From the NCBI GenBank assembly GCA_965644495.1, contig CBFFSA010000003.1, positions 992,001 through 1,056,000 on the forward strand: a stretch of DNA of 64,000 nucleotides, in the 5' to 3' direction. The stretch comes from Perkinsela sp. CCAP 1560/9 (Eukaryota > Protista > Euglenozoa: Kinetoplastea). Below are positions 23,408 through 34,437 of the stretch, piece after piece. The notes under the pieces were generated by a model. It was not told the DNA's origin, did no database searches, and was given only the letters and a program-made list of their open reading frames with translations. Numbering within the stretch: the first letter of the stretch is position 1; every line of letters starts with the position of its first letter. The translations under genes were made by a program, and so were the position numbers.

Positions 23408-24355
23408 CAGAGGTCCCTAAAACTATTTTAAATAGTTTACTATCTATAAATAATTTATAGATAGTTTATAGTGTTTCAAGAAAATTTATAGTACTATAAA
23501 CCTCATTTATAGTACTATAAACACTATACTGTATGGTACTATAAAAACTATATGGTCTTTATCAGTGTTTCATGTCCAGGAAGGCACTCGGTAGACAGAT
23601 CGGTCGATGGACCTGGAGGAATTTCGCGGGGCAGGAGAGAGCCGATGGAGGTATAGAGGCTTAGAGGGGTCACGAGATGTCAGGTGGAGCAAGTGGCGTG
23701 GATACGCTGTCGCGTAGAAAAAAGTGAAAAGAGTTGTAGTTTTTGTGCAGAAATGGAAAAAGTCGGGATCCTATAGCTCACAAGTTCTTCCCATAATGCT
23801 CTTCCCTTGTAGCGTGCAAACATTATAGTTGTCCAACGATTACGTCCGCATTACAGTTGTCCAACGAGTTCCCGTTAGATCACTCGTTGGATCCTAGACG
23901 TGGCGTATTCAATGGCAAGGTAAAACACAAAAACACATCACAGAGCCTGTAAGATTCAATATCTGAAAAATTCATAATCTTTTGAAGAATTTTGATGAAT
24001 CACTTACCCCCTATTTCACATTTACACATTGTACTTCGACAGGAAAAGCGACCTAAGAAGACAAGGCGTCTGGGCTGGAACACATCTGAAATTAAAGTAG
24101 GTCGACTTCCCCATCGACTCCAACGAAGTGTGGAAAAATGGTTTGAGCTTGACCACGAGCTTGTTGGGCATAGTGATGTGAAAAACAGTGAGAAATCTTT
24201 CAAGAAAACGGGAGTGATAAAAAATGAATTGCGTCGAGTCGGCATTTCAAGCAATACTTTTAGAAAAAACTTTCTAAGAAAAATAGTAAAAAAAATATAA
24301 TTTATAGTACTATAATAGTACTATAAAATAGTTTTTGTAGTTTTACGGACCTCTG
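23408..24355. mobile_element. hAT non-autonomous element (second family)
   Basis: CAGAGGTCC.TAAAACTA TIR; perfect 8-bp TSD GTTCAAAA; TATAGTACTATA subterminal repeats. Confidence 0.92.
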
Positions 24356-25067
24356 GTTCAAAAATTATTAATTTACGAGTGGATTATATTACGGTTAATT
24401 TAATTAAGATTAATTTTAGCCAAAAATAACCTTAAAAGCGTAATTAAATAATTAAATACCGTAGAAACTTCAATTAAGGGTAATTAAAATTAAGGCAACT
24501 TTAATTAAGGCAGCTTTAATTAAGGAATAATTATTTTTTTGTCATTTTGGGGAAAAAATTGGGAAAATTAATTTCATGATTCTGTCTCAGACTTCTCCTT
24601 TCAATGATCGTTTTAGCATTTCTCTCACATGTTGAATTGGTTGAAGACCGTAAAGGTAGGCGAAACAGGCGAATCTCGTCTAGAAAAGTTCGAAAAACAT
24701 GACAAATGATCAGAAATTGAGCACTTTTAGCAGAAATGTGATACTTATGCTACAAACGACAATATTTAAATAAGACCTGTTTTGGGCTTTTATCAGCGCC
24801 ATTTTAATTAAGGCAACTTTAATTAAGGCAATAATTAATTTTTAAATCCGTTCTGCCTTAATTACTTTTATCCTTAATAACCGTTTCACCGGTATAACAC
24901 TGTATATTAAAAGCACTCTTTTAGCAAAACAAATTCAACTTCATTATTGAACTATTCAGACCCTCTAATATAGAATTCGTGCCCTTCTCACATCCATAGT
25001 TACACTTCTGATCCTGATTCTGGTATTCACTACGAAGAAGTTATTGTTTCCTTTTTTACTGTTTCTC

Positions 25068-26078
25068 TTAAATTTCCTCTTGAGCGTATCGATCAATAAG
25101 CATGAGACCACATGCGACATCAAGTATGGACTTAAAACAGCTTTTACCCCAACTCTGCACAACTTCGGCAAACTTCATTCGAAGTTTGTCTGCTTCATAA
25201 GTTTCCAACTTTAGAAATTGCGCAGGCCTATGGTACATAAGAGCCTCGATCATTGGCGAAGATAAATATGCAAGAGTAACTGATTCACCATCATCAACGT
25301 AAGCACGAGCGACAAATTGATTTTCCATCACCGATAATGGAGGAAGCAAAGAAATTATTTCTGCAGATACTATAAAAGGAGTTTCGCTCCCTTGAACTGG
25401 TAATTGAGAAATTTTCATGGTTGCTAAGGAGGGAGAAGTTTGCTCAGGAGTATGCAGCTGGCCTTGAGATATGGTCTTTGCTCCTGTGCAAGGTGTCGCT
25501 TCGATTTCTGATTCAAGATTGTGAAGCATGCGAGTTCTATTGAAACGTTCGGCTCGTTTTTTTCGTTTCTGAGTGTGCTGTGCATCTAGAGCGGCAACAG
25601 AACCTCCTAATACAGTCATGCAGCTGTCATTAAGAAGAAGAACACGATTTCTGATTCGAACGTTTTCAATGAGGACTTTTGCACCCGGAACCAGACCTTC
25701 ATCAAGCTGAACGCATGGGGAGTGTTCAATTGCAATCCAATCCCTCACACCGTCCGTCAGGCAAAGTTTGCGTGGTCCTTTGCAAGTTGGCATGTGAGAC
25801 GCGGATTCTGCCTTTGACTGTTCCAGGAGACTTTGAGAAATATTTTCTATTTCATTCAGCTGAAAAATATGTCGTGAGGTTATAGTGCAGTCATCCACTA
25901 ATGGAAAGCCTTTCAAAAAGGGAACGCGTCTGAAATCTTGATAAAGAAGCATCGTTAGAGCCTCTAAATCATTTTGTGCTGTAGAACGGCACCACCATTC
26001 CTTCCACCACTTGAGCTCAAGATCAATATTACAAATATTTTTCAGCGTGCTGCGTACCACATTCCATGGATTACTCAT
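25068..26078 (-). CDS. RMI1: RecQ-mediated genome instability protein 1 (RMI1)-like OB-fold protein
   Basis: RKLCLTDG...AIEHSP...LVPGAKVLI..VRIRNRVLLL (RMI1_N OB fold); C-terminal ARAYVDDG. Confidence 0.8.
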   Translation of the reverse strand: MSNPWNVVRSTLKNICNIDLELKWWKEWWCRSTAQNDLEALTMLLYQDFRRVPFLKGFPLVDDCTITSRHIFQLNEIENISQSLLEQSKAESASHMPTCKGPRKLCLTDGVRDWIAIEHSPCVQLDEGLVPGAKVLIENVRIRNRVLLLNDSCMTVLGGSVAALDAQHTQKRKKRAERFNRTRMLHNLESEIEATPCTGAKTISQGQLHTPEQTSPSLATMKISQLPVQGSETPFIVSAEIISLLPPLSVMENQFVARAYVDDGESVTLAYLSSPMIEALMYHRPAQFLKLETYEADKLRMKFAEVVQSWGKSCFKSILDVACGLMLIDRYAQEEI

Positions 26079-26879
26079 TCAAAAATAAGGTGCATTCGAA
26101 GACGCTTGGCAAGCAAAATTTTATGCGTTTTAGTTTGTTGAATTTTTTAGCTTGTAAGATTTTAGCGAAACATAAACTACCCCATGCCATTAATAACGAT
26201 AATGATAAACTCCAATTTTTTTTTTGAGATTGCTATTGTTGCCATTGGAGGGCCCTTCGAAGGTCTCAAAAAATACCTACAGCGTTCGCCACCAGTCGTC
26301 ACCGGTCGTCGCCGACTCCCAGAAAACGACACTTTGAAGGCCAAAATGCTCAACTTTATGACTGACTGATCAATATAATTATACATCGGCATAAACAATT
26401 TAGCATTTTATATACCACCAGTTTATACATTCCTAACTATTTAGTTCCATTAATGCAAAATTCTCGCTGTGCTAAGAAATTTTGTGATACTTGTGGGGAA
26501 GATTAATGGTCGATCCTTCGAACCTCAAAAAATACCCACAGCGTTCGCCACCGGTCGCCATCGATCGTCACCGGTCGCCATTGGTCGTCACCGTTCGGCA
26601 GCGACCTACAGGTACTGTCTGCACCCCCTCCATTGGAGAATACGCGGTCAACAGCAGATACCTGGAGACATGTGGGGGAGATACCTGGGAGATATGATAA
26701 GAAATTGCTCTACGGTTTTCTAGCCGTTTGGTTTCACAATATACCACTTCTTGCCTCCTACCCAGAGCTCAATCCGCCTTGTCGTGGCGCTCTGGCCTAT
26801 GATCACAATAGGCGATTAACCAAGAGAGGATTCGTGTGTCCCTAGGCATGATGTTAACTTCGAAATTTGACCAAACCTG

Positions 26880-27230
26880 CGAGATAATCATTTAGAAGTT
26901 AGATGGTGAGAAGTCAACGACTAGAAGATCATGAGTTCGATGTTTAGAACTACAGGTTGAGCGACTAGAGACTAGATGAGGTCTGAGTTAGATGCTTTGA
27001 CAGTGAAGCTTAGAAATTAGATGCTTAGATAACGGATGTTAGAAGTTAGACGTTTGGAAATAGAAGTTGAGAAATCAGGTTCCGTGAGGTCTGAGTTAGA
27101 TGCTTCGATGTTGACTTTGTAGGTTAGGTGCTTAGACGGCGGATGTTAGAAGTTAGGTGCTAAGAATGGAGTCTCAGAAGTAGGTGATTGGAAGTTATAC
27201 TCTAATTAAAATTCCAGCAAGTTAGATGTT
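26880..27230. repeat. Degenerate TTAGAAGTTAGATG minisatellite with ~107-bp higher-order period
   Basis: TGAGGTCTGAGTTAGATGCTT occurs at ~26977 and ~27085; CGGATGTTAGAAGTTAG occurs twice. Confidence 0.7.
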
Positions 27231-28217
27231 TGAGAAGAAGACCTGTACCAGGCAGATTCCTAGAGACACAAGGCCGAGTACTGCAGATAGCGAGAGACTG
27301 CAAGTAGCAAAGCTTCTCGAAGAAGGGAAATACTCCGACCAGAAGGTGAGCGGCAGCTTGTTGTTAGGGATTGTAAAGGTATTCCAGGCGCGAAAGCAGG
27401 CGCTTGACGTTCAGGAAGGGGGCCCTGAAGACAAGTTGCCTAGCGAGAGGATGACTAGAGAGAAAAGAGGTCCACTTCATGGGTTGATTGACACCTACGA
27501 TGATCTTTAGCCTCTTGCTCTTTATACAGTGTGTCAAGCCCAGCACGGAACAATTTGAAGGAGCCAACGCGAAGAAGATTGCGCCAGAAGCTAAAAACAA
27601 CTTTAAGCGGCGAAGCTGAATGTCAAGTATTCGAGACGCTTCTGTTTTCCTTCTGTCTCTGTTAATCCTTATGCTTTTGTATCCAATTTTTTAGTTGGTT
27701 CGTTAAACGTGGTGATTTTCAACGAGGAGCGCGCAGGGGTGGCGGGTGACTACTATCAGCGCAAAAAAAAGCAACCTACATACTACGTTTCTGAGAAACG
27801 TTAAAATACTAAAATATATTTAGGGGGCAGTTAAATGTTCAGAGGGAGCAATATTTTCACAAAATATCAAGGTATATTAACGTTGACTTTGTGGAATATC
27901 ATCATAGAGAATTAAGAAGAATTGCTTACCCTATTCGCCGAGTGCTCGTAAATATAACGCGATATAGTAAATCGCGACACAATAAATGAAGAGATGATAA
28001 ATCACGGGAGAAAGTAAGAAGGGAACACAACAAAGTTCATGACGTTTGCACCATCATTCAGTTGGAAGTGCTACGGAAAATTGCGAGCTCCCAAATATTC
28101 TTCCCCATACGGAGAGAAACATAATTTTTTCTTATGTAAAATAGGGAAAACGTGACTATAAACAAGTGAAGTTTATATACAACTGTATTTAAAACTTTAT
28201 ATACAAAATGTATTATA

Positions 28218-29371
28218 CAGTCCAGGCCACACTGTCGGCCCCTCAGGCCACAAAGTACACCGTGAGAGCTTTTGACCTAATTCCTTCGGCATTCGACAGA
28301 TCTAAAAAAAGTGGAACGTTTCCCGTATTTTTTTCACATGTGGAGCCCCCCACATGAGTAACGGGTCAAAAAAACATGAAAAAAGGCAATTTTTTGAAAT
28401 ATTTCGCGAAAAGTACAATTTTTAGGTGTTTTTTCCTATAAAATGGTAGCTCATCACATGCTATTTAGGAAAACCCCTGTTAAATCTACTGAGAATCTAC
28501 TGAGAAACTTATTCTAACACATTCCGGAACGAACCCCCCCAATTACGCACAAGATAGCCCGATGCGAACTCTCTGAACGTCTTAAAATCATTCGTCAGAC
28601 CAAAAAAAATCAGTTAAAGAAATTAACTGGTTAATTTCTTTAACCTTTGGTTAAAGTTCTTTAACCTTTGGTTAACGGTCATTAAAAAAGCTTTTGTGAT
28701 GATTAAGCGCACTCCCCGTCAGGCTCTGAATTGTATGACTTCAATGACCAAACGCATGTACATGTAAATTATGCAGCGTGTAAAGGGGAACCATACAAGG
28801 TACATGTATTGGTTTGTCCCTTCAAATAAGTATTTTTTGTGATATTTTTCATTTTGTTTGTCAAAAAAGACTTTTTAAGGGAAAAATCAACTTTGGGGGT
28901 GCACACAGGGGGTCTAGGGGTCTCCGCGGATGAAAAAAATACGGAAAACGTTCTACTTTTTCGAGATCTGTCGAATGCCGAAGGAAATAGGTCAAAAGCT
29001 ATGTCGGTGTGCTAGCTCCTCCGTTAAATAGCGGTGGCTGTTGGTAAACGGGCTTCGCAAATTGCTTCCCACTAACGACGCCGCGTATGGCTGAAAATAT
29101 AACCGCCGGGAGTCGAACCTGCGACTACCAGATTATGAACGGCAGGTCTTGCCAAATGGATTACCTGGGTTCGAGTCCCGCAACCTACGTTTTTGAGCAC
29201 CGTGATTTGTGCCCAAATCGAGGATGGAGGGGGGCTGGACCCCCTTTTCTCACCCTGCTGGATCCACCCTGCCCCGGACACCATAAAGAAGGGAGAGGCG
29301 GAGGTTGTGAACAACCCCCGCAATCACGGTGTACTCCGTGGCCTGGGGGGCAAACAGTGTGGCCTGGACTG
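28218..29371. mobile_element. TA-flanked TIR element (~120-bp TIRs); right TIR interrupted by an insertion
   Basis: TA|CAGTCCAGGCCACACTG...CAGTGTGGCCTGGACTG|TA. The left TIR 28218-28336 matches 28931-29001 plus 29324-29371. Confidence 0.88.
29002..29323. mobile_element. Hairpin-ended, TSD-less element with tRNA-like core (copy 2)
   Basis: Splits the host TIR at aagcta|tcacgg without duplication; opposed B boxes at 29108-29119 and 29168-29179. Confidence 0.8.
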
Positions 29372-29537
29372 TACCCCCCCTACTTATCTGTCACTACTTT
29401 TCGCGAAAAGACGACAGATACATGTAAATAGGGGGGATAGGGGTGCGTCAGATATCTAGGCGGATCAGTGTGCGACAGATAACTAGGGAGGGGGTATGTC
29501 ACAAAAAAAGTCAGAACATGGAATTACAGAAACGATT

Positions 29538-29800
29538 TAAACCCCATTCCGGGTTAATGTACCTGTAGCTCGCTATTGTACCGGAGGGTACAATAACTGG
29601 GAACGCTTGGTTTTATTGTACTCCCCCCCCTGCGCAAAAGAGGGCGCCGCGAAGCGGCACCATTTTTTTCGCCTTTTTACAGATTTTCATTTTCATTTTG
29701 ATTACAAATTTACCATTTCTACCAGCGAAGACATGAAAATAGAGAAGTATCTGTATGTAGTTATTATACCGGGGGGGTACATTAACCCGGACGGGGTTTA
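29538..29800. mobile_element. Nested small MITE
   Basis: TAAACCCC..TCCGGGTTAATGTACC ... GGTACATTAACCCGGA.GGGGTTTA inverted repeat. Confidence 0.6.
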
Positions 29801-30972
29801 TAATGGCACCACGAACGACCATTCGCTTTAAACACAAAAAGAAAAAATGTAAGTTTCATTTTATGATTTTTAAAAAAAAAACTATTCTTTATACTCTTCG
29901 TTAAACGCGATGGTTGTTTTCAACTTATAAGTCACTCATGCTGCGCGCTTCGCGTTGAAAACTCCCACGGCGTTTAACGAAGAGCCTAAAAAAGAAAAAT
30001 CGCAAAAAAAGGATCATGAATAACTATTTTTTTGGGTCAAAAAGCCCCTCCTCCTTTTAGGCGAAAATTGCGAAAGTTTACTCCAAATTTGGGCCGTTTT
30101 TGATGCCTTACCAATAGGGGTATGAGGCGAATCTGACGAAAAAAACTCTGGTAGCTGGAAAAAAACTGGTAGCTGAGGTCCAAAACTCTCAAAATACGTT
30201 TTAGGAGTCGATTTTGGAAAAATATTATTTTTACTTTTTTTTGGGTCCAAAAAAATTTTTTGTTCACCTCAAAAATTTCGGAAATTTTGACGTTGTCGGA
30301 CCCTTCCTACGCGTACCAGGGGGGGTACCCCCAGGTGGGGTGGTGGAAAATCATAGCCGCGGCATACTCTAACACTTCCCTGCGCTCGATTTTGAAAAGC
30401 AAAAAATTCGAAAAAATTAATAATTAATGGCAGGGAGAGTACATAGTTTTCGACAAAAAAACGCGATTTTCAGGCCAAAATGTGAAATTTTAACCCGAAT
30501 TTGGTCCGTTTTTGAAACCTTACCAGTAGTATTTTAGTTTTTTTAAGCTTTAACGGACGTTTTTTTAAGACACAAATTTTTTGTAAGAAAATCCTGCGTG
30601 CATGAAAATAATTTGATAATATTTATTATCAACGTATTTAATAGTGCCAATGTGTTGTGTGCAGCAAGGTTCTGGTGAAAACAGTTGTGCAATTCACGTG
30701 ATAAATAATATGTATCGCACCTTATTTGAAAACCTTATTTGAAAACCGTGATATTGACATTCTTTCCCGTCGTAACCTTTGTGAAAATTGGAGTCCGATA
30801 GCTCCCTATGTTCTACTTTAACCCATATAATATATGGGAGAGACATGTATGAGTTTACAAAGGAAAAACAATGAGAAAATTATAGACTGACGGAAAAACA
30901 CCTAGGTAAACCTACATGTATTAATTATGTATGTATTTATTATGTGGTTATCGAATGTATTAATATTTTTAA

Positions 30973-31849
30973 TTAGCGGACACCCGCCTTCCTCCACTGT
31001 TTTACCGCGGAGGATAGTATCGCGGCGTTGCCTTTTTGAACAGCCACATTAATGGCTTGTAGTGCATGACGCAGGAAACCTTTCCTGTCATACGTATACC
31101 TTGCGATCTCCTTTAGGAGGAGTACGGTGTGCTTCCCTGCCACACCAAAAACGGTAAATGCAAAGGGGTAGAAATGCATACCCCTTTTCGTGGCCATGTC
31201 ACTGTGCGCTTTTACTTTCAAGCTTTCCACCCTTTCTAGAGTGTTGCCAGGCGCTACCCATTCGGCCTTAACATAAGAAGGGGCAAGGGGGTTAGCGACG
31301 GTCACGTCCACCAGACATATCTTCCCTCCCAGCATAAAGCAGACGTCGGGGCCCTGACCAGCAGAGAATCGGGGTTCATGATTGTCAGGAGTGAATCCGT
31401 ACTGTCGTAGCAAGTGCACGAAGGCATTCTTAACAAGTTTGTGGCGAGTGGCCGCAGTGTCGCCTTTTGAATACAAAAAACGTTGCTAAATATAATGTGT
31501 ATTCTTAGTCTCTGGTTAGCGGCATCTTTTAAGAAGGATGCAGATCCCTGACGATGATCCATTTCCTTAAAGCACAATTTCGAAGAAGTACTGTCAGCAT
31601 TCTTGCAGTCACACAAGACGAAATAAAATAAAAGGATAGATCTTCAAATTTAAGTGGGTGCTCAACGTTCCCAGACTGAACATTCTTCGCATTGCTTGAA
31701 ATATCCGTGACCTGTCTCATTGTGGTCAAGCTTAATTGGCTTGGTCCATCAGCCACCCGCTGATTAACAGCATCGCATAGTTCGTTGCTAATACGACGCG
31801 CTGCTCGCTTCCGAGACCTTGGAGTAATATCTGACTCTTCCATGGTCAT
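30973..31849 (-). pseudogene. CRE/SLACS/CZAR-type restriction-like endonuclease (RLE) region, two frameshifts, no RT domain
   Basis: Motifs: CDC zinc-knuckle remnant, RH..V, GPD...VDVTV, E..K, FYPFAFTVFG and AVQKGNA. Three overlapping ORFs (31529-31849, 31302-31616, 30973-31476) join by frameshifts. Confidence 0.85.
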
Positions 31850-31945
31850 ATCAGGATACTAACTTGATTAACGAACAGTTTAAAGTAACTAACACTTATG
31901 ACTTTGATTAAAAGTACACGAGCGTGGGAAAAAGTATGGGGAATA

Positions 31946-33013
31946 CTCCCCCTTTCATAATTCTTTATAAGTTCGAGCCCAAAATGATTCATGGTTCTAT
32001 ATAAATTTATATACAGCTGTCTATATACAGCTCATGTACAACTTTAAAACGCCTGAAAAACGCCAAACGATCAGTGGAAAAAACGGAGCTCGCGGCGCTG
32101 CGCGCCGAGTATTTCTCATTCTGATTCGCGTATCAAATGCATATTTTGAATTTCCTTTTTTAGACATTAAGCAGTTTAATACTTTTAGAAACTTCTCTTT
32201 CGTTTCTTTGTTTCGGTCCTCTTTTTTTGTCAAATTCATCAATGTGGTCAAATGTGTGTGACTTTACATATCAAATTCGGTCACCTATTCATGCAAACAC
32301 ACCATGAGAGCGCATAAGAACTAGTAGAAATAATGATCATAATTTATATAAATATTTTTATAAGTAAACCCACCTCGGTACCAAACACTTATAAAGCTTT
32401 ATAGTCTGCGTCATATTGATCCCCCCTCTCTGGAAATTTTAGTTTTTTTATCCGATTTTGCTCATCTATGCAGCATTCGAGAGATCTCATTCCCATAGGA
32501 AAGTACTTTGCCACTGTTTTTACCTTTTAGCCAGACGCCTCGAAATAGTGGAAAACTACACGTTTTTTTACTAAAATCTTGAATAAATTTAAAAATTGCT
32601 TATTTTTTCATTACTTTTTCTTCTTCCAGCACCCCGAAGAGGCCGAAACGGCACGTATCCTCGTCTGAATCCCTTAAAAATACCTTTAGTTACATGAAAA
32701 ATACGAATTCCTCGAAAAAACGCTTTGTAGCAAAGCGGCGATCACACATGATTTTTGTCATTTTCCTAACTTTTTCTGTTTTTTCCTAACTTTGGGATTC
32801 TCTCCAGGAGGCACTCCCCCTCCTTACGTTTATTGCGGCAAAATACTTTCCTACCGGAACGAGATCTCTCGAATGCTGCAAAGATGAGCAAAATCAGATA
32901 AAAAAACTAAAATTTACTGAGGGGGGGATCAATATGACGCGGACAGTATAATATAAATATAAATCGCCGAAACACTTATAGTTTATATTTATAAAGAATT
33001 ATGAAAGGGGGAG
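31946..33013. mobile_element. Stowaway-like TA-flanked MITE
   Basis: TA|CTCCCCCTTTCATAATTCTTTATAA...TTATAAAGAATTATGAAAGGGGGAG|TA. Confidence 0.85.
32402..32946. mobile_element. Nested TA-flanked MITE with ~110-bp TIRs
   Basis: GCGTCATATTGATCCCCCC...GCAGCATTCGAGAGATCTC and its inverse at 32840-32946. Confidence 0.88.
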
Positions 33014-33909
33014 TAGTAAGAAGTTGGATAAAAGGTACGAACGCCTTTATGTAGGTCCCAGAGGCACAATAACATCGTATTTTGCACCACAAGAGAGCAG
33101 AAACCCTGTATTAGTACCGAAACTTTTTTCGGTAAAAAAGCCCCCTGTATCACTTAGAACACAATTAGATAGGATAATGTAAGACTTTTTAGAAGTCACT
33201 CTGTAAACTAAAATATGTGGTAATAGGAGGTAATCGGAGGTAATTACCTCCTATTACCGTCCAGGGTATGATATATGTAACGTAATTAATATTTTAACCC
33301 GATAAAATATGTGTAAATTACTCTCTGGGCTTCTTTTAACCCGTAGGCGCATGCCTTCAGCTTGTAGTACCCCATTGGGGTAGAAAGGAATCTTCCTAGG
33401 CAATAAAGATACCGTTTCTGTAACATTTCGTTCCCTCGCTTTTTTTGGCGACGGACCCCCCTAGTTATCTGTCGCACCCCTACCCCCCCCCCTGGTTATC
33501 AGTCACCTTTTCTCGAAAAGTAGCGACAGATAACTAGGGGGGGTACAGTATATACAAAGTTTATTTAACAAATGAAGTTTACATTATAAAATTATTGTAC
33601 TTACTGTATCCTCGTAGTTGTCTGTCATTACTTTTAGGAAAAGATGTCTCCTCTTTCAGTCTTGACGGATCATTTCATGCTATCTATCCTCTCCAACAAG
33701 GCCGAAGCCACGAATTTGTGGGTTTCCATATGGTTTCGGTATTTTCGGAGCGTACTACCTTATTCGCGATTCGAATCACTACATCTATGAGCAGCTCTGC
33801 TGCGAGCAGACCCGGAACTTCTCCTCTCTCTACGGCTGCCGGAGAGAAGCAATCCGAAGGAGTACTGCGTGCGGGACTCCGACCGGAGCAATCATTTTAT
33901 TGCTTGCTG

Positions 33910-34197
33910 CTACTCCTTTGCGTCGAACATATCACATTTATAAGCCCGTAGAACAGATTGACCAAAGGCTAGCAATAAGCTATCCCCTTGAACCTCTTTT
34001 ACTAAGCGTTCTTCCTCTTCTTCATTGATACAAGATAACGGAATTTCTGCTTGCGGTATCACATGGGTTGTAGCGGATACTGTCTCTGTGGTCATATAAT
34101 TTTTTTTGGTATCGGGCTCAAAGCTATCTTCCTTGTGTCTACCAGAATATTTTGTGGAGGATAGATGCAATTGATCATCGGATTCTCCTCTATTCAT
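33910..34197 (-). CDS. Hypothetical short protein or truncated gene at the edge of the TE nest
   Basis: ATG ORF on the host strand; the downstream sequence looks like interrupted coding sequence. Confidence 0.3.
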   Translation of the reverse strand: MNRGESDDQLHLSSTKYSGRHKEDSFEPDTKKNYMTTETVSATTHVIPQAEIPLSCINEEEEERLVKEVQGDSLLLAFGQSVLRAYKCDMFDAKE

Positions 34198-34437
34198 AGC
34201 TCACTTTAAAATCATAGAGAAAATCATATTAGCAAAAGATAAAAAAGATTTAAAAATGGTACTTGGGACCTCAAAAATGATCTGAATCAGTAAATGGTAG
34301 TACAATGCACTATGATGTTTACATCTAAACTACATGTACATGTAAATACGTGGTTCTGCAACACAAAATGCGTAAAATTTCCGGATTGAAGTATAGTGAT
34401 CGCGGCTTTGAAGGGCAAACGATTGGCATGCAATCAA

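Larger units (their letters stand above)
29369..33548. mobile_element. ~4.2-kb composite TIR element (CTGTACCCCCCCTAGTTATCTGTC family)
   Basis: ~90-bp imperfect TIRs at 29369-29460 and 33460-33548, with TA at the right end. Another end of this family lies at 12255-12334. Confidence 0.75.

Noticed and set aside
23992-24300. hAT transposase or TnpB/Fanzor remnant
   Set aside because: No BED finger, dimerisation motif or RuvC motif could be recognised.
29098-29172. Functional tRNA-Met gene
   Set aside because: The acceptor, D and anticodon stems do not pair; only the boxes and loop are tRNA-like.
33219-33258. Short palindromes (also 28615-28643, 29893-29983) as terminators
   Set aside because: Eukaryotic context inside TE bodies; most likely collapsed TE remnants.
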